From Steroidobacteraceae bacterium (GTDB lineage Bacteria; Pseudomonadota; Gammaproteobacteria; Steroidobacterales; Steroidobacteraceae), in the NCBI GenBank assembly GCA_025458865.1, contig JALORP010000002.1, positions 3,812 to 67,811 of the forward strand: a stretch of DNA of 64,000 nt, read 5' to 3'. The notes below the pieces were generated by a model. The model was not told the origin of the DNA. It worked only from the letters and a program-made list of their open reading frames with translations, and made no database searches. Position 1 is the stretch's first letter. The number at the start of each line of letters is the position of its first letter. Shown piece after piece: positions 11,997 to 20,478 of the stretch. A program made the position numbers and the translations under genes.

Positions 11997-12590
11997 ATGA
12001 GTGAACAGGTGGACCAGGGCCGGCGTCAGCTGCTGACCGCCGCCACCCTTCTGACGGGCGCGGTCGGCGCCGGCTTCGCGGCCGTGCCGTTCCTGGCGTC
12101 CTGGAAGCCGAGCGCGCGTGCCCGTGCGCTCGGCGCGCCGGTCGAAGTCGACATCAGCAAGCTCGAGCCGGGCGCGCTGATGAAGGTCGAATGGCGCGGC
12201 AAACCCGTCTGGGTCCTGCGGCGCACCCCCGAGATGCTGCAGCAGCTCGAGGGCATCGACGACCTCCTGGCGGATCCGGGCTCGGCAAGCTCGATCCAGC
12301 CCGACTATGCGCGCAACCCCGCACGCGCGGCGAACCCCGAGTTCCTGGTCATGCTGGGCGTCTGCACCCACCTCGGCTGCGCGCCGATCGAGCGTTTCAG
12401 GCGCGGCGACGCCGAGCTCGGCGCCGACTGGCCGGGCGGCTTCTACTGCCCCTGCCACGGCTCGAAGTTCGACCTGTCGGGCCGCGTGTTCAAGGCGATG
12501 CCGGCGCCCACCAACCTCACGGTGCCGCCGCACACCTTCGTTGACGACAACCGCATCCTGGTCGGCGAGGACCAGGCGAGGGCCGCATGA
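11997..12590 (+). CDS. petA: ubiquinol-cytochrome c reductase Rieske iron-sulfur subunit
   Basis: Internal ATG at 11997. A Tat-like signal (GRRQLLTAATLL) is present, together with the Rieske boxes CTHLGC and CPCHGS. Confidence 0.92.
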   Translation: MSEQVDQGRRQLLTAATLLTGAVGAGFAAVPFLASWKPSARARALGAPVEVDISKLEPGALMKVEWRGKPVWVLRRTPEMLQQLEGIDDLLADPGSASSIQPDYARNPARAANPEFLVMLGVCTHLGCAPIERFRRGDAELGADWPGGFYCPCHGSKFDLSGRVFKAMPAPTNLTVPPHTFVDDNRILVGEDQARAA

Positions 12591-13849
12591 TGGCAACCGA
12601 CAGCACGACCACAGCCAAGGGCGGGTTGCTGGGCTGGGTGGACGCCCGCTTCCCGCTGACCCGCCTCTGGAACGAGCAGTGGGGCCAGTACTACGCGCCG
12701 AAGAACCTCAACAACTGGTACCTCTTCGGCTCGATGTCCCTGCTGGTGCTGGTGATCCAGATCGTCACCGGCATCTTCCTGACGATGAACTACAAGCCGT
12801 CCGCGGCCGAGGCCTTCGGCTCGGTCGAGTACATCATGCGCGACGTGGAGTGGGGCTGGCTGATCCGCTACATGCACTCCACCGGGGCGTCGGCGTTCTT
12901 CGTCGTTGTGTACCTGCACATGTTCCGCGCGATGCTCTACGGCTCCTACCGCAAGCCGCGCGAGCTGCTGTGGGTCTTCGGCATGCTGATCTACCTCGTG
13001 CTGATGGGCGAGGCCTTCTTCGGCTACCTGCTCCCCTGGGGCAACATGTCCTACTGGGGCGCACAGGTGATCGTGTCGCTGTTCGCGGCCCTGCCGGTGA
13101 TCGGCCCGGACCTCGCCGAGTGGATCCGCGGCGACTTCTTCATCTCCGACATCACGCTGAACCGCTTCTTCGCGCTGCACGTGATCGCGCTGCCGCTGGT
13201 GCTCGTGTTCCTCGTGGTCGCGCACCTGCTGGCGCTGCACGAGGTGGGCTCCAACAACCCGGACGGCGTCGAGATCAAGAAGACGAAGGACGCGAACGGC
13301 AATCCCGTGGACGGCATCTGGAGCCACCCGTACTACTCCGTGAAGGACCTGATGGGTTTCGCCGCCTTCTTCGTGCTGTTCGCGGCCGTCATTTTCTTCG
13401 CGCCGACGATGGGCGGACTGTTCCTCGAGAAGCCGAACTTCGAGCTCGCGAACCCGATGCAGACTCCGGCGCACATCGCCCCGGTGTGGTACTTCACGCC
13501 CTTCTACGCAATGCTGCGGGCGGTGCCGGCGTTCTTCGGAACGCAGGTCTGGGGCGTGCTCGTGATGGGCGCGGCGGTGATCATCCTGTTCTTCCTGCCG
13601 TGGCTCGACCGTTCGCCGGTCAAGTCCATCCGCTACCGCGGGCCGATCTACAAGATCGCGCTGGCCCTGTTCGTGGTCTGGTTCGTGATCCTCGGCTACT
13701 GCGGCCTCAAGCCCGCCGTCGAGCCCTTCAAGACGCTGTCGGTGATCGGCACCATCTACTACTTCGCCTTCTTCCTGCTGATGCCGTGGTACTCGCGGAT
13801 CGACAGCTACAAGCCGGAGCCGGAAAGGGTCACCTATCATGCTCACTAA
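12587..13849 (+). CDS. petB: cytochrome b
   Basis: 420-aa polytopic protein with typical cytochrome b N-terminal sequence (NNWYLFGS, RYMHSTGAS). The start overlaps the petA stop (ATGA). Confidence 0.95.
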   Translation: MMATDSTTTAKGGLLGWVDARFPLTRLWNEQWGQYYAPKNLNNWYLFGSMSLLVLVIQIVTGIFLTMNYKPSAAEAFGSVEYIMRDVEWGWLIRYMHSTGASAFFVVVYLHMFRAMLYGSYRKPRELLWVFGMLIYLVLMGEAFFGYLLPWGNMSYWGAQVIVSLFAALPVIGPDLAEWIRGDFFISDITLNRFFALHVIALPLVLVFLVVAHLLALHEVGSNNPDGVEIKKTKDANGNPVDGIWSHPYYSVKDLMGFAAFFVLFAAVIFFAPTMGGLFLEKPNFELANPMQTPAHIAPVWYFTPFYAMLRAVPAFFGTQVWGVLVMGAAVIILFFLPWLDRSPVKSIRYRGPIYKIALALFVVWFVILGYCGLKPAVEPFKTLSVIGTIYYFAFFLLMPWYSRIDSYKPEPERVTYHAH

Positions 13850-14579
13850 GAAGATCGTCCTGCTGCTGGCCGTCCTGCTGCCGGTGCCGGCCTTCTCGGC
13901 CGGCGGCGACGCCAAGCTCGACAAGGCGGACACGGACATCCACAACCAGGCCTCGCTGCAGCGCGGCGCCCGCAACTTCGTCAACTACTGCCTCGGCTGC
14001 CACGGTGCGCAGTACATGCGCTGGAACCGCATGGCGGAGGACCTCGGCATCCCCGAGGACGTGCTCATGAGCGAGCTCATGATCACCGGCGGCTCGCCGC
14101 ACGACACCATGCGCACGGCGATGCCCGCGGACCTCTCCGCGGGCTGGTTCGGCAAGGCGCCGCCGGACCTGTCGCTCATCGCCCGCAGCCGCGGCACGGA
14201 CTACATCTACACGTTCCTGCGCGGCTACTACGCCGACCCGACCCGGCCGAACGGCGTCAACAACACGGTGCTGGCGGGCACGGCCATGCCGCACGTGCTC
14301 GCGCACCTGCAGGGCCTGCGCCAGCCGCGCTACGAGCTGCGCGAGGTCGGCGGCCGCAGCGAGCAGCACCTCGTCGGCTTCGACGCGGGCACGCCCGGCG
14401 AGCTGAGCGAGGCCGAGTACGACGAGTTCGTGCGCGACACGGTCAACTTCCTCGACTACGTCGGCGAGCCGGTCAAGGCCAAGCGTGAACGCATGGGCGT
14501 CTGGGTCGTGCTGTTCCTGCTGGTGTTCTGGGTCTTCGCCTGGCTGCTGAAGCGGGAGTACTGGAAGGACATCAAGTGA
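13839..14579 (+). CDS. petC: cytochrome c1
   Basis: 246 aa with a signal peptide, heme motif CLGCH, and a C-terminal membrane anchor. It overlaps the petB end by 11 nt. Confidence 0.9.
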   Translation: MLTKKIVLLLAVLLPVPAFSAGGDAKLDKADTDIHNQASLQRGARNFVNYCLGCHGAQYMRWNRMAEDLGIPEDVLMSELMITGGSPHDTMRTAMPADLSAGWFGKAPPDLSLIARSRGTDYIYTFLRGYYADPTRPNGVNNTVLAGTAMPHVLAHLQGLRQPRYELREVGGRSEQHLVGFDAGTPGELSEAEYDEFVRDTVNFLDYVGEPVKAKRERMGVWVVLFLLVFWVFAWLLKREYWKDIK

Positions 14580-14619
14580 CGCCCCGTCCGGGGCGGTGCG
14601 GCCCGGGAGGGCGGCGACG

Positions 14620-15039
14620 GTGAACCCGTCGCCGACGCTCACGTCGCGGCGCCCCTACCTCGTGCGGGCCATGCACGAGTGGATGACGGACAACGGGCAG
14701 ACCCCGCACCTCGTGGTGGATGCCACGCTCGCGGGTGTCGAAGTCCCCCAGGCCTACGTCAAGGACGGGCGCATCATCCTCAACGTCGGCTGGCAGGCGA
14801 CGCAGGCGCTCCGGCTCGGCAACGATTTCATCGAATTCTCCGCGCGCTTCGGCGGCACGCCGCACCTGGTGCGGGTGCCGCTCGCGGCCGTCACCGGCAT
14901 CTACGCCCGTGAAACGGGGCAGGGCATGCTGTTCCAGGGCGATGATTCGCCCCCTCCGCCCGAGCCGCCGACGGCCACCACGAATGGCGGCTCCACCTCC
15001 GACACCGGACGGCGCGCGAAGCTCAGGGTGGTGAAGTAG
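14620..15039 (+). CDS. sspB: ClpXP protease specificity-enhancing factor SspB
   Basis: Conserved SspB core RRPYLVRAMHEWMTDNGQTPHLVVD...RIILNV. The GTG at 14620 has GGGAGG 9-10 nt upstream. The alternative GTG at 14596 is the track start. Confidence 0.85.
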   Translation: MNPSPTLTSRRPYLVRAMHEWMTDNGQTPHLVVDATLAGVEVPQAYVKDGRIILNVGWQATQALRLGNDFIEFSARFGGTPHLVRVPLAAVTGIYARETGQGMLFQGDDSPPPPEPPTATTNGGSTSDTGRRAKLRVVK

Positions 15040-15043
15040 GAAC

Positions 15044-15418
15044 CTACAGGCTGAACGCCGCTCGCGTCAGCCGGCACCTGAGCTCGTCGCCCGCGCCATC
15101 CTCCACCTCGACCAGGTCGAAGCGCGCCGGGAGGCGGGCGAGGTCCGGCTCGCGCGCCAGCAGCTCGCGCGCGGCCCGCGCCCAGCGCGACTGCTTCCTC
15201 CAGGTGACACTCTCGGCCGCGCTGCCGTAGTCGCTGCGCGCCCGGTAGCGAACCTCGACGATGGCGAGAACCTCGCCTTCCAGCGCCACGATGTCGATCT
15301 CGCCGCGGCGCGTGCGGTAATTGCGGAACAGCAGGCTGAAGCCCTGCCGCGCGAGCTCGGCGCAGGCGGCGTCCTCGGCGGCGCGGCCGGCGGCGAGATG
15401 CGCCGCGCCGGCAGTCAA
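15044..15418 (-). CDS. yraN: YraN family endonuclease-like protein (UPF0102)
   Basis: This is the C-terminal 124 aa of track ORF 15044..17005. The motif GEIDIVALEGEVLAIVEVRYR is typical of UPF0102. The TTG at 15418 directly follows the lpoA stop. Confidence 0.8.
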   Translation of the reverse strand: MTAGAAHLAAGRAAEDAACAELARQGFSLLFRNYRTRRGEIDIVALEGEVLAIVEVRYRARSDYGSAAESVTWRKQSRWARAARELLAREPDLARLPARFDLVEVEDGAGDELRCRLTRAAFSL

Positions 15419-15420
15419 CT

Positions 15421-17217
15421 TCAGGGCCCGCCCGGCAGGGGCTCGAGCCGGCCGCCGCTCACGCGGGCGAAGTCGAGCTGGCGGTGGATGCGGCCGTCGG
15501 CGCCGAGGTCGAGCCGCCCCGTGAGGCCCGGCACGGGCGTCGCGAAAGGCGAGCGGCGGCGCGTGAGTTCCGCGCCGATGGCGTAGGCGTCGTAGCCGAA
15601 CGCGAACAGGCGGTCTCGCGACGGCGTGCGCCGCGGCCAGAGCTGGTCGGCCTGCTCGCGCAGGATCGCCACCGGGCCGCCCCCCTCCAGCACCCAGGGC
15701 ATCTCGGGCAGCAGCACGCCGTCGAGGTCCGCGTTGCCTCGGCCGCCCGGTTCGTAGACGTCCGAGGTCGAGTACACGGGCAGGCTGCCCGCGTAGTTGA
15801 AGCGCAGCTGCGTGCGGATCAGGCGCCCGTCCACCGGCTGGCCCGCCACGAACACGAACCCGAGGTCGGGCCGCGGCGCGACGCCCCCCGCGGCCGTCGG
15901 GCGGATGCCGAGCAGTTCCGTCAGGATGACCTTGTAGTCGGTCGTGCCCGGCGCGTAGACGCGCCGGCCGAGCAGGCTGCCGCCGATTGCAGCGAACTCC
16001 TCGGCGAACGCATTGAGCACCCGCTGGCCCCATTCGTTCGCGGGGCCGAGCGCCACGCCCGACGTGCGTCCGTCCGCCAGCGCGCGGCGCGCGGCCAGCC
16101 GGGCCTCGTCCTCGGGGGAAAGGGCGAACTGGTAGAACCGGCTGGGCGACCGGCTGCCGTCGGGCAGGAAGTTGAGCGCGACGGTCGTCGCGCGGCCTTC
16201 GGCCATGGCAGCCACGTCCGACACGTCGCCGCGGGTCAGCGGCCCGATCACCAGGCTCGCGCCCTCCGCGACGGCCTTCAGGTACGCGGAACCGGCGTCG
16301 CCGGCGCTGACGTCGTACAGGGCCACGGTCGGCCGGGTGCCCTCCGGCTGCTCGTAGTAGGCGGCCAGGAACCCGTCGCGCACCATCCGGCCGGCCTCGC
16401 CGCCGCGGCCGGTCAGCGGCAGCAGCAGGGCCACGCGCGAACCGGGTTCGATCGCCACGGTGTAGCGCCCGACGAGATCGTTCCAGATGCCGTCGTTGGC
16501 AGGGTGCGCCGGGTAGCGGCGGCGCCAGTCCTGCAGCCGGGAGCCGGCGCCCGCGGCCATCGTCGTCGCGTCGGCGTTGATCCGCCCGAGTTCCATCCAG
16601 CCCGCGACCAGCGGGTCGCTGCCGGCGGGGATGCGCAGGTCCGCGCCGCGGCGCGAAGCGGCCGAAAGACTGTCGAGGATCAGGCGCTGGTTGTCGAGGC
16701 GCGACTGCCCGGAGGGCAGGAGGTGTTCGCGGCCGCCGAGCGTGGCGACGGCGGCAGGCACCTGCCCGAGCGCGAACTGCGCGCGCGCCCGCGTCGCGAG
16801 CTGGGCTGCGTCCGGCCCCGCCGCCGCCTGGTCGAGCAGCGCCAGCGCGCGCCGGGGCTCGTTGCGGGCGAGCGCGATCTCGGCCGAGATCCTGGCCTGT
16901 TCGCCGGCCTCGGCGGCCGGGAGCGGCGGCACGAGCCTCCCGAGGGCACGCTCGGCCGCATCCGGCTGCGCCGCGGTTGCCCAGGCCCCCGCGGCCCGTA
17001 GCCACAAGCCGTTGGCGCGCGGCAGCGGCGTGGCCGCGGCGGCTTCCTCGAAGGCGCGCGCAGCGCCGGCCGGATCGCCGCGCCCGGCGAGGCGCTCCGC
17101 CCGCTCCTCGGCCGCGGCGCCCGGGTCGCCGCGCAGGCTCTCCATAGGCTGGCAGGCGGCCAGTCCCGTCACGAGGAGCAGCAGTGCCGTGCGAAACAAG
17201 GTCGTCAGGGATTGCAT
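15421..17217 (-). CDS. lpoA: penicillin-binding protein activator LpoA
   Basis: Internal ATG at 17217 with a lipobox LLLVTGLAAC. The product has an Ala-rich TPR-like N-domain and an LppC/periplasmic-binding-like C-domain. The position, divergent from rsmI and upstream of yraN, matches E. coli yraL/yraM/yraN. Confidence 0.8.
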   Translation of the reverse strand: MQSLTTLFRTALLLLVTGLAACQPMESLRGDPGAAAEERAERLAGRGDPAGAARAFEEAAAATPLPRANGLWLRAAGAWATAAQPDAAERALGRLVPPLPAAEAGEQARISAEIALARNEPRRALALLDQAAAGPDAAQLATRARAQFALGQVPAAVATLGGREHLLPSGQSRLDNQRLILDSLSAASRRGADLRIPAGSDPLVAGWMELGRINADATTMAAGAGSRLQDWRRRYPAHPANDGIWNDLVGRYTVAIEPGSRVALLLPLTGRGGEAGRMVRDGFLAAYYEQPEGTRPTVALYDVSAGDAGSAYLKAVAEGASLVIGPLTRGDVSDVAAMAEGRATTVALNFLPDGSRSPSRFYQFALSPEDEARLAARRALADGRTSGVALGPANEWGQRVLNAFAEEFAAIGGSLLGRRVYAPGTTDYKVILTELLGIRPTAAGGVAPRPDLGFVFVAGQPVDGRLIRTQLRFNYAGSLPVYSTSDVYEPGGRGNADLDGVLLPEMPWVLEGGGPVAILREQADQLWPRRTPSRDRLFAFGYDAYAIGAELTRRRSPFATPVPGLTGRLDLGADGRIHRQLDFARVSGGRLEPLPGGP

Positions 17218-17274
17218 CGGTGGGTGCCCTTGGCGACGATCTGGCGGCCTCGATGGCCCGGAAGGGGGATTATA

Positions 17275-18120
17275 GTGACCACGGCAGGCCGTCTTTTCGT
17301 CGTTGCGACCCCGATCGGCCATCTTGGCGACGTCTCCCAGCGGATGCGCGACACGCTCGCCGCCGTGGCCGTCGTCGCAGCCGAGGATACCCGCCATACG
17401 GGGCGGCTGCTGCAGGCGCTGGGCATCGAGGTGCCGCTCCTGTCCCTGCACGAGCACAACGAGCGGGAGCGGGCGGCGCAGCTCGTCGCGCGCCTCGTGG
17501 CCGGCGAGGACGTCGCGGTCGTGAGCGACGCCGGCACGCCGCTGGTCAGCGACCCCGGTTTCGTGCTCGTCCGCGCCGCGATCGAGGCGGGCATCACGGC
17601 GGTGCCCGTGCCGGGGCCCTGCGCGGCGATCGCCGCGCTGTCCGTTTCGGGCCTGCCTACCGACCGCTTCTGCTTCGAGGGTTTCCTGCCGGCACGGCCA
17701 GGCGCGCGCCGCGAGCAGCTGGCGGCAGTCGCGGCCGAGCCGCGCACGATGGTCTTCTACGAGGCGCCGCAGCGCCTCGCGGACAGCCTCGCCGACATGG
17801 CTGCCGTGCTCGGCGCAACGCGGCGGGCGGCCGTCGCGCGCGAGCTCACGAAGGCCTTCGAGACCGTCTATCACGGCGACCTCGCGACGCTTGCGGCCCG
17901 GGCCGCGGCGGATGCCAACATGACGCGCGGCGAGATCGTCGTCGTCGTCGAGGGGCGCGCCGAGGCACCCGCGTCCGGGGCCGAAATGGATCGCATCCTG
18001 CGCATCCTGCTCGCATCGTTGCCTCCCTCGCAGGCCGCGAGCCTCGCGGCCGGGATCGCCGGGGCGCCGCGCAACGCCTGCTACCGCCGCGCGCAGGAAA
18101 TCGCGCGCGAGGGCAGCTGA
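17275..18120 (+). CDS. rsmI: 16S rRNA (cytidine1402-2'-O)-methyltransferase RsmI
   Basis: A GTG at 17275 gives (V)TTAGRLFVVATPIGHLGDVSQR, then AAEDTRHTGRLL. These are tetrapyrrole-methylase-fold signatures of RsmI. Confidence 0.85.
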   Translation: MTTAGRLFVVATPIGHLGDVSQRMRDTLAAVAVVAAEDTRHTGRLLQALGIEVPLLSLHEHNERERAAQLVARLVAGEDVAVVSDAGTPLVSDPGFVLVRAAIEAGITAVPVPGPCAAIAALSVSGLPTDRFCFEGFLPARPGARREQLAAVAAEPRTMVFYEAPQRLADSLADMAAVLGATRRAAVARELTKAFETVYHGDLATLAARAAADANMTRGEIVVVVEGRAEAPASGAEMDRILRILLASLPPSQAASLAAGIAGAPRNACYRRAQEIAREGS

Positions 18121-18163
18121 GGCGCCTCTTGTGAATATGCCGCCCAGGCCCTAAGGTGATCCC

Positions 18164-18534
18164 GGGAGTCGGCCAGGCAACCGCCGTTTTCCTTGGGAAG
18201 GCGGAGGAAAGTCCGGGCTCCAGAGGGCGAGGCGCCAGGTAACCCCTGGGGGGCGTGAGCCCACGGAAAGTGCAACAGAAAGCAAACCGCCCAAGCGCGC
18301 GCAAGCGCGACGGCAAGGGTGAAACGGTGCGGTAAGAGCGCACCGCGCCGGCGGTAACGTCGGTGGCACGGCAAACCCCGCCTGGAGCAAGGCCAAATAG
18401 GGAAGCACGCAGCCGCGAGGCTGCAGCGCGCGGCCCGCGCGCGCTTCCGGGTAGGCCGCTTGAGGTGCACGGCGACGTGCATCCCAGAGGAATGGTTGCC
18501 CACGACAGAACCCGGCTTATCGGCCGGCTCCCAC
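18164..18534 (+). ncRNA. rnpB: RNase P RNA, bacterial type A
   Basis: Universal blocks are present: GGAGGAAAGTCCGGGCTCC near the 5' end, GGTAAGAGCGCACCGC, AGCAAGGCCAAATAGGG, and ACAGAACCCGGCTTATCGG near the 3' end. P1 pairs GGGAGTCGGCC with GGCCGGCTCCC. The sequence is collinear by eye with E. coli rnpB. Confidence 0.94.
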
Positions 18535-18684
18535 TTTTCCCCCCTTTCCGGCACCAAAAGCCCCCGCCCAGGGGGTCTGTCTCAAGTTCCGTGGGAACTT
18601 AGTGGCGTAAGTTGCTGATTTAAGTCAGGCTGGGAGGCCTCGCCCGGCGTGTCAGCGTTCGGCCATAAGTCTCTGACTCAGAAG

Positions 18685-18734
18685 AAATTTTTTTGCAGCT
18701 GGCCGTTGACCGGCGGCGGCGCCGTGCCTATAGT
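18685..18734 (+). promoter_or_regulatory. Pmra-like sigma-70 promoter with A/T UP-element tract
   Basis: TTGACC (18706-18711) is separated by 17 nt from TATAGT (18729-18734). An A3T7 tract at 18685-18694 falls at about -46 to -56. Confidence 0.7.
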
Positions 18735-18767
18735 GGCGGCAGGTGGGAAAAAGTGGGAGGAAATGGG
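18733..18767 (+). promoter_or_regulatory. MraZ operator: four direct repeats at 10-nt phasing
   Basis: GTGGC at 18733, GTGGG at 18743, GTGGG at 18753 and ATGGG at 18763 are spaced exactly 10 nt apart, just downstream of the -10. This matches the known MraZ GTGGG-repeat operator architecture. Confidence 0.7.
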
Positions 18768-18788
18768 ACGTCGTCCCATTCCAGAGCT

Positions 18789-19241
18789 GTGTTTCGCGGC
18801 GCCAACAAGGTCACCCTCGACTCCAAAGGCCGGATGGTCATGCCCACCCGGTACCGGGAGCGCCTGAGCGAGCGCTGCCAGGGTCGGCTCGTCGTGACCG
18901 TCGACCGCGACCAGTGCCTGATGATTTACCCGCTGCCCGACTGGGAAGAGATCGAGCGCAAGCTCATGCGGCTGCCCACGCTCAACGAGCAGGCGCGCCG
19001 CCTGCAGCGGCTGATGGTCGGCCACGCCTGCGACGTCGACATCGACGGCCACGGCCGCGTGCTGCTGCCGCCGAAGCTCCGCGAATTCGCGCAGCTCGAC
19101 CGCAACGCGATCCTCATCGGGCAGGGCTCCCGCTTCGAGCTGTGGGACGAGCAGCGCTGGGACGAGCGGCGTGACCAGTGGCTGCAGGCCGAGGATTCCG
19201 GCGAGCTGCTGCCGCCGGAGCTCGGCTCGCTGTCGCTGTAG
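18789..19241 (+). CDS. mraZ: transcriptional regulator MraZ
   Basis: An in-frame GTG at 18789 gives the canonical N-terminus (V)[14 protein letters not shown]. The second SpoVT/AbrB-like repeat DGHGRVLLP is present. The product is 150 aa. Confidence 0.9.
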   Translation: MFRGANKVTLDSKGRMVMPTRYRERLSERCQGRLVVTVDRDQCLMIYPLPDWEEIERKLMRLPTLNEQARRLQRLMVGHACDVDIDGHGRVLLPPKLREFAQLDRNAILIGQGSRFELWDEQRWDERRDQWLQAEDSGELLPPELGSLSL

Positions 19242-19246
19242 CCGGC

Positions 19247-20203
19247 GTGCCGGCCGGGGAGGGCGCTGGCGGGAGCCTCGACGCACCGCACGTGCCCGTG
19301 ATGCTGGACGAGGTGCTCGCGGCGCTGGCGCCGCGGCCCGACGGTTTCTACGTGGACGCGACCTTCGGGCGCGGCGGCCACGCGAGGGCGGTCCTCGCGC
19401 GGCTGGGTGACAAGGGGGCCTTGCTGGCGATGGATCGTGATCCCGAGGCGGTGGCGGCGGCGCGTGAAGCGTTCGGAGGCGATCCGCGCGTGACCATCGT
19501 GCAGGCGCCTTTCTCGCGTCTCGGCGAGGCGGTGGACGCCTGCGGCCGGCCAGCCGACGGCATCCTGCTCGACCTCGGCGTGTCCTCTCCCCAGCTCGAC
19601 GATGCCGCGCGCGGCTTCAGCTTCCTGCGGGACGGGCCGCTCGACATGCGCATGGATCCCGCGGCGGGCGAGAGCGCGGCGCAGTGGCTCGCGCGCGCGG
19701 GCGAGCGCGACATCGCCCGCGTGATCGCCGGGCTGGGCGAGGACCGCTTCGCGCGGCGCATCGCCCGCGCGATCGTCGCGGCGCGCGCCGAGGCACCGAT
19801 CGCGAGCACCGGCCGCCTGGCCGCAGTCGTCGCGGCGGCTGTTCCCACGCGCGAGCCGGGCAAGCACCCGGCCACGCGCACGTTCCAGGCGTTGCGCATC
19901 CACGTGAACCGCGAGCTCGAGGAGCTCGACGCCGTGCTGCCGCAGGCGCTTTCGCGGCTCGCGCCCGGCGGCCGGCTCGCGGTGATCAGCTTCCACTCGC
20001 TCGAGGACCGGCGCGTCAAGCGCTTCCTGCGCCGCGAGTCGCAGGACCACCCGGCCTGGGCCGGGATGCCGGTCGTGCCGCCAGAGGCCCGCGCGCGGCT
20101 CTCGCTCGTCGGCAAGGCCGTCTTCCCCTCCGGGGCCGAGTGCGCCGGCAATCCTCGCGCGCGCAGCGCCGTGCTTCGCGCGGCCGAGAGGAGGGCCGCA
20201 TGA
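19247..20203 (+). CDS. rsmH: 16S rRNA (cytosine1402-N4)-methyltransferase RsmH
   Basis: The GTG at 19247 lies just after the mraZ stop. [10 protein letters not shown] and [10 protein letters not shown] are typical of MraW/RsmH. Confidence 0.9.
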   Translation: MPAGEGAGGSLDAPHVPVMLDEVLAALAPRPDGFYVDATFGRGGHARAVLARLGDKGALLAMDRDPEAVAAAREAFGGDPRVTIVQAPFSRLGEAVDACGRPADGILLDLGVSSPQLDDAARGFSFLRDGPLDMRMDPAAGESAAQWLARAGERDIARVIAGLGEDRFARRIARAIVAARAEAPIASTGRLAAVVAAAVPTREPGKHPATRTFQALRIHVNRELEELDAVLPQALSRLAPGGRLAVISFHSLEDRRVKRFLRRESQDHPAWAGMPVVPPEARARLSLVGKAVFPSGAECAGNPRARSAVLRAAERRAA

Positions 20204-20478
20204 TGTCGCGCCGGCTCGCGCTCGCCGCCGTGCCGGTGCTCTGGGTCGCCGTGCTCGCCTCCGCGGCGGGCGTCGTCTATGTCCGTCACGAGGCGCGCTC
20301 GCTGTTCATCGAGCTCGAGTCGCTCGCGGCCGAGCGCGACCGTCTGAACATCGAGTGGGGGCAGCTGCAGCTCGAGCAGAGCGCCTGGTCCAACCACGGC
20401 TTCGTCGAACGCGTCGCCAACGACAAGCTGCGCCTCGTTTTGCCGCAGCCCGCCGAGGTGAGGATCGTGACGCCATGA
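20200..20478 (+). CDS. ftsL: cell division protein FtsL
   Basis: 92 aa with a single TM segment plus a coiled coil ([25 protein letters not shown]). The ATGA overlaps the rsmH stop. Confidence 0.85.
   Translation: MMSRRLALAAVPVLWVAVLASAAGVVYVRHEARSLFIELESLAAERDRLNIEWGQLQLEQSAWSNHGFVERVANDKLRLVLPQPAEVRIVTP

Noticed and set aside
18733-18767. Short phased direct repeats that could be mistaken for a mini CRISPR or tandem repeat.
   Set aside because: The repeat unit is only 5 nt with 5-nt spacers, it sits directly at a promoter in front of mraZ, and it matches the MraZ operator architecture. No CRISPR array or cas genes are present in the window.
18649-18867. 72-aa ORF in the rnpB-mraZ spacer.
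   Set aside because: It spans the promoter, the MraZ boxes and the mraZ 5' end in another frame. It has no ribosome-binding site and an implausible composition.
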